Assembly: GCF_963921235.1 (NCBI RefSeq)
Contig: NC_086097.1
Coordinates: 145,826,001-145,890,000, forward strand
Reading direction: 5' to 3'
Length of the DNA stretch: 64,000 nucleotides
From: Mobula hypostoma
Taxonomy: Eukaryota
Made by a program: the position numbers and the translations under genes. Below are positions 50,601-63,860 of this stretch, piece after piece. The notes beneath the pieces are model-generated. The model saw nothing but the letters and a program-made list of their open reading frames with translations, made no database searches and was not told where the DNA came from. Position 1 is the stretch's first letter; every line of letters starts with the position of its first letter.

Positions 50601-52059
50601 ATGCGTTTCCCTACTATTGGACTTCCTTGACTTGGATACCATTAGAAAGGACTTACACAGAAAGGTATCATGGAACCTTCTTTGTAACTTCTCCGTATGG
50701 AACTCACTTCTGCCAACATGAAGTCTCATCCAGTGGTTCATTCTTGCATTCAAATAGTGAAGTGTATGAAATTGTCTCAATTTCACTTGCACCTATTGCT
50801 CATTATAAAACTGGTCTTATGGGATAGTTAAAAGTTCCTTAGCTGCAAGGTCAAGTCATAATTCTATAGATCTTATGACAATAGACCCAAGACTTGTTAT
50901 GTCCTATATGACTCTTGGGCTAGTTGTGCTGGGAGCACAACTGGTGAAATTCAAGCCTGCATCCTTACTGCTCCGCAACAAGTTTCATTCTGGACTTGGG
51001 CCAAGGCTACAAATCATCTCTCCACCCTGAGAATAAAAATAAATCTTTGCTCTTCCATTTTCTTTCCTCTCGAGTGTTCCAGCTTTGTGAACAACCTTAT
51101 TAGGAAGATGGACCTTGAACCTGATCTGTGCTTTCAATCCCTAATCCTCTCTGTCATCAAGTCTGCCTAAATCCAGATATTTTAATATTGTCCATCTCAG
51201 ACCATGTCTCAGCCAAATAGCTGCTGAAATCCTTTTCCGTGTTTTTCTTGATTCCACTGTAATTTTCTTGATTAACTGTAAATGAAACTTAGCAACTCAG
51301 GCAGCATCTATGGAGAGGAATAAGCAGCTGATGTTTCAGGTTGAAACCCTTCATTACGACGACAACATATCAATGTGTCAGGACAATGGTTTATTATTAG
51401 ATTTAATCTTCTTAACTATTTTTTGACGAGCAAACCATAACATTGCTGCTTGTATGAGAATTTCAGAATCAGAATCAGGTTTAATATCACCGGCCATTCC
51501 TGAATCGTTGCACTAAGATATACAGCAACTTAGAGGGTAAATTACTGGAACAACAGTCAGAGAACTTGACCATTAGTTTAGAGGTATGAGTTCAAATCCA
51601 GCTGGGAAATTATAATATTTATTAGTAAGTAGATGATGTTTTGTTTAAAAATTGATCTCAGTAATAGTAACCATGAAACTACTGAAAGTCATTCAAAACC
51701 CATCTACTGTATTTCACTTATATCCTTTGCAGAAGGAAATCTGTATTGTTCTTACCCAGTCAGGTTCATATATGAATGCATTCTCACCACTGTGACTATC
51801 TATTAAGCAGTTAAGTGATTTAATTTGAGTTAGTCAATAAATTCTGGCAATGTCACTTCTGTATATTTATGCACTAGACTAGAAAATGCTGGCTTAACTA
51901 TGAAGTAGGAGATGTTCATTCGATTCTGAATGCAAGGAAAACAAGAACTTTCTTTTTTACTAAGCCATTAAGATCCTAAAATAGTTAATTCAAGTAGACC
52001 CAAACAACAACTTATTCCAACCATGTAAGAAGATTGTGAAGCAAGAGATTGAAATTTTG

Positions 52060-54370
52060 AACAAAGAGATGAGTTTAAGTAATTTGCTGAAGGATGATTA
52101 TAGTTGGGGACTTTTAATACTGTGTAATGTACGTATTGGTAAATACATGCTGGTATTTATGTATTTATGCATATCTTATTCCTATCCATACTTTAACCAC
52201 TAACTTTAATTTTTATATAATTCTGTATTCTTTATAATTGTTGAATGTTGTTGTTTTTTGTTGCATGTTACCCCATGGCGAATTCCTAATACATATAAAT
52301 GTATATGGTGAATAAAGTTGATCCTTGATCGTTTTAGAAAGGGAATTCCCCAACATGCTTTATAAAGCTGAATGCACAAAGTCAATGGTGGTACTATTCA
52401 AATCAGAAACAATCAAGAATCCATAATTAGAGAAGCTGAGACACCAAGACAGATGTAGAGATGAAGGACATTAAGGAAATAAGAGGAGAGGAGGGGTTCG
52501 GATGGGGTGGAAGGTCCTTGGAGTAATTTAAAAACAGGCATCAGAATTTTTCAATTGTAGCGTTGCTTAACTTGGAGTTAACGTGGAGTGAGCACCTTCA
52601 CAAATACTTGGGCATTCGATATGATCGCAAGTATATGGATCTAAATGAGGAAGGCCAATCTACTGTGCATTGGAGTATTCAAGTATAGTTGAATCAAAAG
52701 CACTTACAGCAGTTGAGCTAACACAGGGACTGAGAAGATGGTAAAAGATGGTTTTGATGATATTATTAATGTGAGATCTGGAATAGTGCCAAATACACAA
52801 TCAAGTTTGTTCACTGTTGAAACAAAAACAGGAAGTGCTGGGAAAACTTAGCAAGTCAAACAGCATCTGTGGAAAAATGAAACAATCGATATTTCAGATA
52901 TGTGAATTTAGCTCCATTTCAAACAGCCTCCAGGCATATGGGTGGAGTCAGTGGCTGCGAAACTGAGATCATGACAAGGTCAGAGAATGATAGCTCGGAA
53001 GAAATTTCTACTCATCCAGTGTTGGATGTCAGATGAATTAGAGTGCAAGCTCAAGTGAATTCGCTAAATCTGTTAATCATCCGTTTACACATGGAAACTA
53101 CTGCCATAATTCTGAGCAACTTTGCCAAGGCATTGTCCTTGGATAAGAAATAAGAGTAAGTCCAGCATACATGTTGAAGCACACCAGAGGTGTTGACTGG
53201 CAGTGGGAAGAGAAGCCATTGCTGACTCTAGCTACAAATGAGTAGAAGAGAATCAGAATCTGAATCAGGTTTATTATCAATGGCTTATGTTTATATGACA
53301 TATAGTGAAATATGATGTTTTGTGGCAACTGTACGTTACAATAAGAAATAAAATAAATAGTGCAAAGGAATAATGAGGTATTATTCATGGACCATTCAGA
53401 AACCTGATGGTGGAGGGGAAGAAGTTGTTCTTAAACATTGGGTATGCACCTTCAGGCTCCTGTACCTCCACCCTAATGGTAATAATAAGAAGAGGGCATG
53501 CCCTGGATTGTGATTGTCCTTAATGATGGATGCTGCCTTCTTGAGTTATCGTCTTTTGAAGATGTCTTCGATGGTCGGTAGGCTTGTGCTCATGGTGGAA
53601 CTGTCTGAGTCTACAGCCCTCCGCGGCCTCTTTCAATCCTGTGCATTGGAGCCTCTATATCAGATGGTAATTGAACCAATTAAAGTGCTCTCCAGGGTGC
53701 ATTTATAGAAATATACTAGAGTCTTTGGTGACATACCAAATCTTCTCAAATTCCAAATGAAGTATAACTGCTGGATGCCTTCTTCATAATCGTATCAATA
53801 TGTTGTGTCCAGGATAGATACCCTGAGATGTTGACACTCACCCTTTCTACTGCTGACCCCTTGATAAGGACTGGTGTGTGCTCCCTCAACTTTCCTTCTA
53901 GAAATCCACAATTAATTCCTTGGTCTTACTAATGCTGAGTGCAAGGTTGTTGCAGCACCACTCAACCAGCTGATCTTTCTCACTACCATATGCCTCCTTT
54001 TCAGCAAGCGAATGCCGTTCCATTTGGTAGGGTAGTTGTGCAGAGCTGTGGCAGAGGATGACATCAACAATCATGTCAAAGATTTCAGAATGGTTGAAAT
54101 GATGCCTTTACCACAATTATGTAATTAAAGGTGTTGATTAAGGTGGTTTAAATGTCAGGGCAGTGTAGGGAAAAAAAACATGCTCGAGGGATTCAAGCAA
54201 GATAATACATAATATATGCACTTAAAACCTTTGGAGAAGAAAGAGAGAATGAAGATGGGCCAGTAGTTTCCAAGGAAGGTCAAGGGTCATTTTCTGAGGG
54301 CGTGAATGATTTTGCAGGTTTGAGCGAAGGAAAATCATCTCTTGACATTAGGAGTTTGGTGTCAGTTAAA
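52060..54370 (-). mobile_element. Very old L2-like LINE remnants, interrupted by other repeats
   Basis: Purine-rich degenerate antisense motifs (gagaagaaagagagaatgaagatgggccagtagttt). Recognised from memory only. Confidence 0.35.
53248..54003 (-). mobile_element. Rex1/Babar LINE 3' fragment
   Basis: (agaatc)n..aggtttattatc tail; homologous to 9941-10551. Confidence 0.8.
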
Positions 54371-56894
54371 TGACTTATACCAGACCACCAAAATGGATGC
54401 TCTGTTAGGGGATCAGTTATGTTAGCAGATTACCAGGCCAAAAGAGAAAAACATATAAAGGATGTTCCCAAAACTACTTATGAAAGGTATATAACATCCC
54501 CACTGATATTTGGGGACACCTGGCCCATGCTTGCTCAGTGGAGATAGAGCATTCAGTACCCTACAGAGAACCTTGAGTTCATGCATTGGAAGTACAGAGA
54601 GGCCCAGCATAAACCATGGAAAGAGTACACAACTACCAAATCTAACCACCCATCCACAGTGCCAACCACCTGCTCGCTTGTGCAAAATAATACAAATTCT
54701 GCACAGGCAGTAACCTTACAACTTGTAATTCTGGAAAAATGTCACCTTGGATATGAAGGGACACTCAAAGCCAGATAGAAGCTTGGTGATGAATAAATGG
54801 CCAATAGATCTGAGGTAGGAAACAATGTGTCCTATTGATAAAGTGAGATTGCAAAGGGTGTCTGAGATTCAACGGTTATGGAATTATGTGAATATACCAG
54901 ATATTAATCTCAATGAGAACCAGTCTTCAGGAAATAAATCTTGTTCCCAATTTAACTTCAATTAATACTTCATTGGGTGTGGGGCATTCTGATTTTATCC
55001 CACTGAAACTCTGCAGGGAGGACAATAGATGAATGCTCATATTAATTTGTCTTTATTGAACACTTCAGGACAAGATCAGGGAAGCATTCCCTGGCTACCA
55101 TCTTGTTAAAGATGTGTCACTGCACTTCTGGACAGTTCAGGACAGGTCTGCTTGTCACTTAATATGCTGGCCAGTTGTATTTTCAGGGAGCCATACCTCA
55201 ACACTGTAACAAAAGCGGTATGTTTTGGGAGTCTTGAGTTTCTATTGAGAAGCTTTTGGATCATCTACCAAAATTGAATATTTAAAAGTGCTCTGCTAGT
55301 TGGCTACCATTGTAAATATGTAATTCTGCAAAGTAACCTGACTATACTGAAAATGTTATGGTTAAATGGGTGATTATAATGGTTGAAAATGCAGCTGGTT
55401 GTTTGTTGTTATCTTTGTGTTCTAAAAAAATACAAAACATTTTGTCAAGATGGTGAGATTCTCTTAGACTCGCTCTCTTCAGAAGATCTGCTTTGTGAAT
55501 AAAGTCTTTTCTGTGAGGGTCAGTTGTGTCAGTCACAATTGAGAACCAAGACTAGAAGTGAGGAGAAAATACAGAATTTGGGAATAAGTGTTTCTGGAAT
55601 GATAGGGCTGTGAAACTCTCCATCAAATGCAATGAATGATGTAAGCATTGATATATTTAAGACAAGATTATATAAACCAGAGTGAGAGGATAAAGGTAGA
55701 TGAGAGAACAGAGGTACTACATTATTAGAGTTCAATGATTTGGGTCTGGAGCCTAAGCATAGTGCGTCTACTACAGAATAGACTAAAGTAACTCCTGTGC
55801 CGTAGATTCAACTTAACATGACATTATGAGTAACTGCATTCTGATCAAGTGCATATGAAAATAATAATTTTCTTCCCTCTGTGACAAAAGTAAAATACGG
55901 AAAATCTGTAATAAATTTTAAAAATTCTGGAAATGCACTAGGTATCAGGTAAACCATTTTATTTATTTTCAGTTCAGTACATTGCTGACAGATCTAAAGT
56001 GCCCATTTATTTTGCAGAATGGTTGAAATTTACATTAAAACCAGATCTTCATCAACTTGCTTATAGGAGGAATCCTGGTCTGGCGAGCTTTGATGATTAA
56101 TTGTAAAGCGAGTGGAATGCCATAAGAATGTGTCTCATTTCCATGGTCATTTGTCTCTATTGTGAGAAGGAATTGGACCCATCTGCTGCCTGGAAGCATG
56201 GTGTTTGGAACATGCTGCTGTTTTATGAAAGGCAGCCTAAGTGAAAGCTGTGACCTAATCTTTCACACTTCGGCAGCATGTAGTTAAGGTTTACCGTGAG
56301 CAGAAATTAAACACAGCCCAGGCTGGAGATCCAAGCTTGTTAACTCTGCCTTGGAAGACCACTAACATGTAGGTGTGAAAACTAAATCTTCAAAGCACTA
56401 AGCAGAAATTAGCTCAAAGGTCCAAGCATACTTTTAAATGCAGTTTCAGGTCACTTTGTAGTTTCCCTCTGTTGACTCCTGGTTGGATTGATACACCTCA
56501 GGCATTATCCTGGAGTTTATGCAGGAATCTGTTCTTCACTCCTTGAATGTTGGGATTTGGATGCTGTTAGGAATGCCAGGATTTATTATCTATCCCCAAG
56601 AGGACATGGTGGTGTGTCACCTGCATGAACCGTTGCGGTCTCTACAACTTCTAGGATTTGCATGCAGTGTCAACGAAGAAACAATAAAGTGCTTCTGAGT
56701 TAGGATGGTGTACAACTCAGAAAGAAACGCTAAAATAAAGGGAAGGGGCAGATAGTAGGAAAGTAGTGATGGTGGGAGGGAAGAGAATAAAATAGGTGTA
56801 GTGAAAATGGGTGTTTAATTGTCAACATAAAATCAGTGGCCAATATCCTGTTTCTGTGCGTGTGCCATGAATCGATGAATCTATGAATCAATCA

Positions 56895-58357
56895 TAATTA
56901 GATTTATAATCACTGGCATAGGTTGGGATTTTTTTGTTCTGCAGCAACAGTACAAAGTAAAACATTTAAGTTACAATAAGAACTTATTGAAAATAAATAA
57001 CTCTTGCAAAAAGAGAGTAAAATATAAAGGTAGTGTTGCTGGGTTCATGGACTATTCAGAATCTGATGGCGGAGGGGAAGAAGCTATTCCTAAAACATTG
57101 TGTATGTTTTCAGGTTCCTGTACCTCCTTTTTGGCAGTAGTAATTAGGAGTGGGCATAACCTGGATGGTGATGATCCTTCATGACGTCTACAGAGCAACA
57201 CACGCAAAATGCTGGAGGAACTCAGCAGGTTCCTCACGATGGACACCGCCTTCTTGACTTAACACCTTTTGAAGAACTACTCAACGGAGGTGAGGCTAGT
57301 GCCCATAATAGTGCTGGCTGAGTCTGCAGCGTTTTCTGATCCTGTGCATTAGTGCCTCCATACCAGACAGACAATATGCTCTTCCCGGTACATCTGTAGA
57401 AATTTGCAAGCGTTTTTGCTGACATAGCAAATACCCGCAAATTCCTAGCCACTGGGGCTCCTTCTTCATAATTGCATCAATACATTGGGCCCAGAACTTG
57501 AAACTACTCACTTTTTCCACTGCTGACCCCTCAACGGGGCTGGTAGATGCTCTCTCAACTTCCCCTTCCTGAAGTCCATAATCAATTCCTTGGTCTTCCT
57601 GATGTTGAGTGCAAGTTTGGTGTTGTGACACCACTAAACCAGCTGATCTATTTCACTCCTGTACACCTCCTAATCACTGTCTGAGATTTTGCCAGCAACC
57701 GTGTCATCGGTGAATTTATAGATGGTGTTTGAGCCATGCCTAGCCACTCAGCCATGAGCGTAGAAATAATAGACCAGTGAGCTAAGCGTATATACGTGAG
57801 GTGAACTTGATTGTCGTCAAGGGGGAGATGTTATTTTCAATCAGCAAAGACTGAAAAAGAGATTAACTTTATTTGTCATTTATACATCGAAATATTGAAA
57901 CATACAGTGATACCCATCTTCTGCATCAACTATCAATGATGTCTGACAATTGTACTAGGGGCAGCCTGCAACTGTTGACATGCTACTGATGCCAACACAT
58001 AGCATGCTCACAACTCACTGCCTTTAACCACATACTTTTTGGAATGTGGGCGGAAACCAGAGCACCTAGAGGAAACGTAAAGGTTTCTGGGGTGAATGTA
58101 CAAACTTCTTGCAAACAGCGGCGGGAATTGAACTCCAATCTTTCGATCGCTGGCAGCGTAAAACGTTATGGTAAATGCTATACTACGTTGATAGAAGTTC
58201 CCTGATGGCAAAGTCAAGGATTCCAGTTTCAGAGGGAGGTACAGAAGCCCAGGTTTTGAATGTTATTGATTAGTGCTGGGGGGATGATGGTGTTGAATGC
58301 TGTGATGTAATCGACAAACAGCAACCTGCCATAGGTATGGCTGTTGTCCAGGTGGTC
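56895..58357 (-). mobile_element. Rex1/Babar LINE fragment interrupted by a SINE
   Basis: MSAKTLANFYRCTGKSILSVWYG; RT resumes at 58195-58357. Confidence 0.78.
57860..58190 (-). mobile_element. V-SINE with a non-CR1 3' tail
   Basis: V-domain tgtgggcggaaaccagagcacctagaggaaac; antisense B box gggaattgaactc; tail actttatttgtcatttatacatcgaaa. Confidence 0.7.
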
Positions 58358-58599
58358 AACTCAGACTGTTGATGACATTCTCATGTACCTTGGCCCTTCT
58401 TGGTTGGAGAGTTTGTGGATTTGGAGGTGCTGTTGGAGTAACTGTAGCTACTGTGCTCTGGTAGGGGTGAATAAATGCTTAGGTTAGGTTGGGACAGTGC
58501 ACCAAGCCATTAAGTTGCTTTGTCCTGATTGGTGTTGAGCTTCTTGGCAGTTGTTCAAGCTCTACTCACGCAGACATCAGGCAATATCCTCAAGAGCTT

Positions 58600-58717
58600 C
58601 TGCAGATGCTTGAAATCCAGAGGAACACACTCACAATATTGGAGGAACTCAGCAGGTCAGGCAGCATCTATGGAGAAGTATGAACAGGTGATGTTTCAGC
58701 TGAGACTCTTCATCAAA
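58600..58717 (-). mobile_element. Solo Penelope terminal-repeat copy (other partial copies at ~28980-29060, 29295-29375, 51295-51360, 52825-52900 and 57195-57230)
   Basis: tggaggaactcagcaggtcaggcagcatctatggag..gtttcagctgagactcttcatca is the reverse complement of the 26814-26910 repeat. Confidence 0.75.
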
Positions 58718-59074
58718 GAGTATTCATCACATTACTTGGAGAGAGTGGAAATGCAGTGACAGGTAAGGAGATGAATAAGCAGAGGATCCAATCTCCTGGC
58801 CCACTCTTGTGATCACAGTATATAAACATTGATTTCCTCATCAAATTTGAGAGCAACCAAAGACAAAAATTTTTGGGAGTATTTGCTTCTCCTTCACTCT
58901 GGTGAGATAGTCAGATTGTCAGATTCGCTTTCACTAACGCTGATCTTCGCCTGACTCTTGTAAATGAGTTACCAATCCAGGCCTCACTTTTTTTCAGCCC
59001 TTGCAGTATAAAGGATTACAAATGGGGTTGAACACTGTGCAATTATTAGTAAATCACCCCATTCTGACTTAAAA

Positions 59075-59428
59075 TAGAAGAGCTTGATAGAGTAAAGGTG
59101 GAGAGGATGTTTCCTGTGGTGGGAGAGTCTAAGACCAGAGGACACAGTCTCAGAATAGAGAGGCATCCTTTTAGACCAGAGATGAGGAGGAATTTCATAG
59201 GCCGGAGAGTGGTGAATATGCGGAATTCTTTGCTGCAGGCAGCTTTGGAGGCCAAGTCTTTATGTAAATTTAAGGGAGAGGTTGATAGATTGGTCACAGC
59301 ATGAAGGGATATGGGGGGAAGGCAGGAGATTGGGACTGAGAGGAAAAATGGATCTGCCATGATGAAATGATAGAGCAAACTTGATAGGCCAAATGGCCTA
59401 ATTCTGCTCCTATATCTTATGGTCTTAC
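59075..59428 (+). mobile_element. CR1 LINE 3' end
   Basis: ERMFPVVGESKTRGHSLRI..MRRNF; tatatcttatggtctta tail. Confidence 0.85.
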
Positions 59429-59509
59429 ATTCATTTATTAAGCCGCTGAAAGCACTGGTCTGAGGAATCTGGCAGCAAAATCCCTGGCGCTGACCACTTC
59501 ATCTTCACT

Positions 59510-61180
59510 ATGGAAGTTCAGCCACTATACGCTTTTATCCTTCACCAGGAAGGCCTCAATGCCCTCCATTTCTTTCATGACAGAAGCACCAACCTATCGT
59601 CTCCACCACCACTCTCCTCTTTCTGGCAGAACTGGTCCTCACCCTTAACAATTTTCCTTTGGCTCCTTGCACTTTCTACAAGCCTGAGGGTTATCCATGG
59701 GCACTCGCATGGGGGCCCAAGCTATGCCTGCTTCTTCGTTGGCCATGTAGAACAGTCTTCTCTGGACATATTCCCCAACTCTTCCTTAGCTACATTGACA
59801 ACTGTATTGCCACTGCTTCACTCACCCTTCCTGAGCCCATTAATTTAATCAATTTTGCCTCTAACCTCCACCCTGCCCTTAAATTCACTTGTGCCATCTC
59901 TGACAACTACCTCCCCTTTCTTGATCTATCTGACTCCATCTCTAGAGACAAACTGTCAACTCACATCTTTTATAAATCTACTGATTTCCACGGTTATCTT
60001 GACTATACCTCTTCCCACCCAATCTCCCATAAAAATGCTATTCCCTTCTCTCAGTTTTTTCAGCTCCACCTGTTCTCAGGATGCAGCTTTCCATTCCAGG
60101 ACATCTGATATATTCTCCTTCTTTAAAGAACAGGGTTTCCCTCACTCTACTATTGATACTGCCCTCACCTGCATCTCCTCCATTTTCCATATATCTGTGC
60201 TCACCCATCTTCATGTTGTCATAATAGTGATGGAATCCCTCTTGTCCTTACCTACCAGCCCATCAGTCTCTGCATCCAACATATTATCCTCTGCAACTTC
60301 CACCATCTCCAAAGGGATCCTACCACTAAACATATCTTTACTTCCAACCCCCTACCAATTTCTGCAGGGATCATTCCATCCACGATTCCCTTGTCCATTT
60401 GTCCCTCCCCACTAATCTCCCTCCAGGCACTTAACCATGCAAGCGGCTTAAGTGCTACACCTGTCCATTCACCTCCTCCCCGTTCTCCATTCAGGGCCCC
60501 AAACAGTCCTTCCAAGTGAGGCAACATTTCACCTGCGAATCTGCTGGTTCGTCGATTGTGGCTAACACGGTTTGCTCTACATTGCTGAGATCTGTCGTAA
60601 ACTGGTGGACACTTCGTTGAGCAGCAGCTTCGCTCCATCCTCCCAAGTGGAACTCCCCAGTGGCCAAACATCTTACTTCTGATTTCCATTCCTGTTTCGA
60701 CATGTCAATCCATGCCCTCCTCTTGTGCCAAGATGAGGCCACCATCAGGGTGGAAGAGCAACACCTTATATTCCATCTGGGTACCCTCCACCCTGATGGC
60801 ATGAGTATTGATTTCTCCTTCTGGTGAACAAAAACTACCCCCCCTCCTTCCTCTATTGCTGACTCTGACCTTTTTTTTCTTCTCACTGGCCTATTACTTC
60901 CCCCGGTTACTCTCCTCCTTCCCTTTCTTCTATTGTCCACTCTCCTCAATTAGATTCTTTCTTCTTCAGCCCTTGACCTTTCCCACCCTACTGGCTTTAC
61001 CTATCACCTTCCAGCTAGCCTCTTTCCCCTTCCCCCTGCCCCCTCCTTTTTATTCTGACATCTGCCCCCTTCCTTCTCAGTTCTGAAGAAGGACCTCGGC
61101 CTGAAGCGTCAACCGTTCACTCTCCTCCATAGATGCTGCCTGACCTGCTGAGTTCTTCCAGTATTTTGTGTGTTTTGCAA
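59510..61180 (+). mobile_element. Penelope-like element: RT, GIY-YIG and terminal repeat
   Basis: GPSYACFFVGHVEQ, FLSYIDNC (YIDD box), LPFLDLS..YLDYTSSHP; hammerhead-type motif 61078-61115. Confidence 0.88.
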
Positions 61181-61431
61181 CAATCCCCATTCCCTTTGTC
61201 TAATCCACTAATCCACTCAGTTCGTGTAATTGTACACTTCTCTGTTCTAGTGTGTATCTAATTTTCTTCTGTCTCAACTTGTTCACCTGGCAAAGCATTC
61301 TATTCTACAAAAATGCTCTGCATAAAGAAATCACTAAATTTTAGATTACTCTTGCATCCAGTTGCTTCCTATCTATGTAGCAAAAAGAAGAAAATGGCTT
61401 TTCTGATAATTTTCATTGGAATTTCAAAACA

Positions 61432-61807
61432 CACGATTTCAAAGATTCAGAGTAGATTTATTATCAAAGTCTGTATGCAGTATACAACCCTGAGATTTGT
61501 CTTCCCACAGACAGCCATGAAACAAACAAAGGAAACCATGGAACCGCTTCAAAGAAAAACCTTAAATCCCCAACATGCAAAAAAAAACAAATCATGAAAG
61601 AGCTGAAAAAAAGACTGAAAAACACAGAATATAAAATACTAAACCCCAAGTCATCAAACCAGTCTAGGCATATTTAGTTCAGCTCAGTTCACTCTGATCT
61701 AATTCTAAGGGAGAGAGAGAGTGAGTGAGAGAGAGAGTGACAGAGAGAGATAGGGAGGGAGGAAGAGAGAGGGAAAGAGAGAGAGAAGGAAAGAGGGAGA
61801 GAGAGGG

Positions 61808-61867
<60 letters not shown>

Positions 61868-62180
61868 AGACTGGTAGATGGTGCTGAACACCTGCTCACC
61901 TTCTGCTCTCAACTCGATAGTTTCAATCTTCCACAATGCTTTAATCGGCAGCAATAATGGGCCTGTGCTCCAGGCTCCTTGGTCTCCAGGCTGTACACTT
62001 CGCTTGAAACCTCCTCACAGAACCCCCTTGGAAACAGCAAACTGCTCAACTGGCCCGAAAACACATCACCAAAATGTAGGTCATTGGCCCCAACAGTAGC
62101 AGAACCACATTTGAAAGAAAAAGAAATGAAAGAAATAGTTCCATAAACCATCTGATCGATGCTGCCCTTGACCAGAAACA
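61432..62180 (-). mobile_element. Non-coding retroposon with a Rex1-type tail and an internal microsatellite
   Basis: Tail tttattatcaaagt..tatacaaccctgagatttgtcttc matches 4320-4375; the body has no RT homology. Confidence 0.55.
61708..61863 (+). repeat. (GA)n microsatellite with degenerate flank
   Basis: Pure GA run ~61811-61864. Confidence 0.95.
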
Positions 62181-63164
62181 CAAAATTATAAACATTTTTT
62201 TAGAGTTAAGGAAGATTATATGCAAAATTTTCAAATAGTTTAGTAGGATAATGTAGCAGTTAAGTGTTGAGCATTCTTCCTCTATGAAGATCTTCTAAGT
62301 GTGTTATAATCTATATTTATGGCTTACAATATCAATACAGTGTTCTCTCAGTTTTCAAACTTTGATATCATAATATCTTTGAACCCAAGGACCTGCTATC
62401 TATAAATTATGATTTCCTCATTTTAGGAATTACTTTCTGTTTACTTGCTCTTGTCACCCAATATTGTAGCGTACCGGGCTTATTTAATAATTAATTGTAT
62501 TCGGGGTACTTATCTAGAAACCAAAAAAAAACTCATCAAAATAAATGAGGAGCTGTCAAGCAGACGTACTTCCACAGCTGACCAAAATAGCAGGCAAAAT
62601 CAGATTATTCAGAAATTGACCATGGGGGTCTCATTAGTAACTTGGACAATTCTGCTTTCTTTGATTAAGGAAAACATTTCAGTTTTTGGGATACCATGTT
62701 TCTAGAGTAGAATAAATGTCTTGTTTGGGCAAATAAGTGAATTATAATGTTTCAATATATCACTATTAAATGAAAGAGTAACATATATTTTATGGGAGTA
62801 GGACTTAAGACTTCAAGACTTAAATACTGCTTATATGTTACTGAAGAGGAAATTTAATTGAGCTCTTTAAAATGATAAAGGTATTGAGACATAGAGAAAT
62901 TATATTCTTTGGTGGCAAGTTGAGCAGCTTCTAAAGCTCTGTGCTGACCATCAAACACCCATTAACACTAAATGAATTTTATCTCCCTTGGCGTTCCAGA
63001 CTGAGCTGTTATGTTCATTTGCACGTTTTCTTAATGGTAAATAGTTGACCTCAAGGTGATCTGGTTTCCTCCCACATTCAAACAACATGATCATCAAAAG
63101 TAAAATGCCCTTAATGTGAAGTTGAATATAGTACTCGTATTTAAGGGGATTTGCTCCTTCTCCT

Positions 63165-63860
63165 GTCAGTAAAAAAGGCTCTGCTGGGTCTAGTAGCTAT
63201 GCCACATGTGCAGGCCAAAAGCTGGACTTCATTGTCAGAGTCTATTTCAGATGCACACCATTGAAGCAGCTAATAGGTAGTGGGAGATTACCCCTACTGT
63301 CAACCCCACTCCCCTGCCTGTAACAACCTTAAGGTGGGTTACTGGCACTTTAAAACTAGTCACTTTGTGCAGATGGGACCTGTCAGCTGTGGATGGCAGC
63401 TCATCTAGGAGAAGGAAACTCTGATCTCAAACCTCCACTACCCTGCAGCTACACCAAATCATTGCAACACTCACAACATGCTGGAGGAACTCAGCAGGTT
63501 GGGCAGCATCTGTGGAAACGATCAATCAACGTTTCCACAGATGCTGCCCGACCTGCTGAGTTCCTCCAGCGTGTTGTGAGTGTTGCTTTGACCCCACTTT
63601 CTGCAGAGTATTTTGTGTATACCAAATCATTGAGAAGGCATCGTGAGTAAACCCTGAGGAAAAATCCAAAGCTGGAGTCCCTAAGGCAGTCCTATGCTGA
63701 GCTCAATACCGACTGGCAACTCCTGTAACACCGCCGGTGCTGTACTGTATCAGTCTCTGCCATTCCTTTGGATTCATCAGCTGCGTGGAGTGGGGGGAGC
63801 CTGCTGCATGGGCAACAGTTTGCTCTCCGAATCGTACTGCCCTGGCTTGCATATGACAGC
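63165..63860 (+). mobile_element. RTE-like 5' region / derived non-autonomous element
   Basis: ctaggagaaggaaactctgatctcaaacc resembles recalled RTE-clade 5' UTR motifs; interrupted at 63465-63617. Confidence 0.45.
63465..63617. mobile_element. Fold-back insertion of a Penelope terminal repeat (57-bp hairpin)
   Basis: Arms 63464-63520 / 63530-63586; 15-bp TSD tacaccaaatcattg / tataccaaatcattg (63450-63464 / 63618-63632). Confidence 0.88.

Noticed and set aside
61679..61954. Ser-Leu repeat proteins
   Set aside because: Translations of the (GA)n microsatellite.
63464..63586. Bona fide conserved miRNA gene or DNA-transposon MITE
   Set aside because: The arms are the Penelope terminal repeat, there is an asymmetric 3' extension, and a 15-bp TSD is not typical of Tc1 or hAT.
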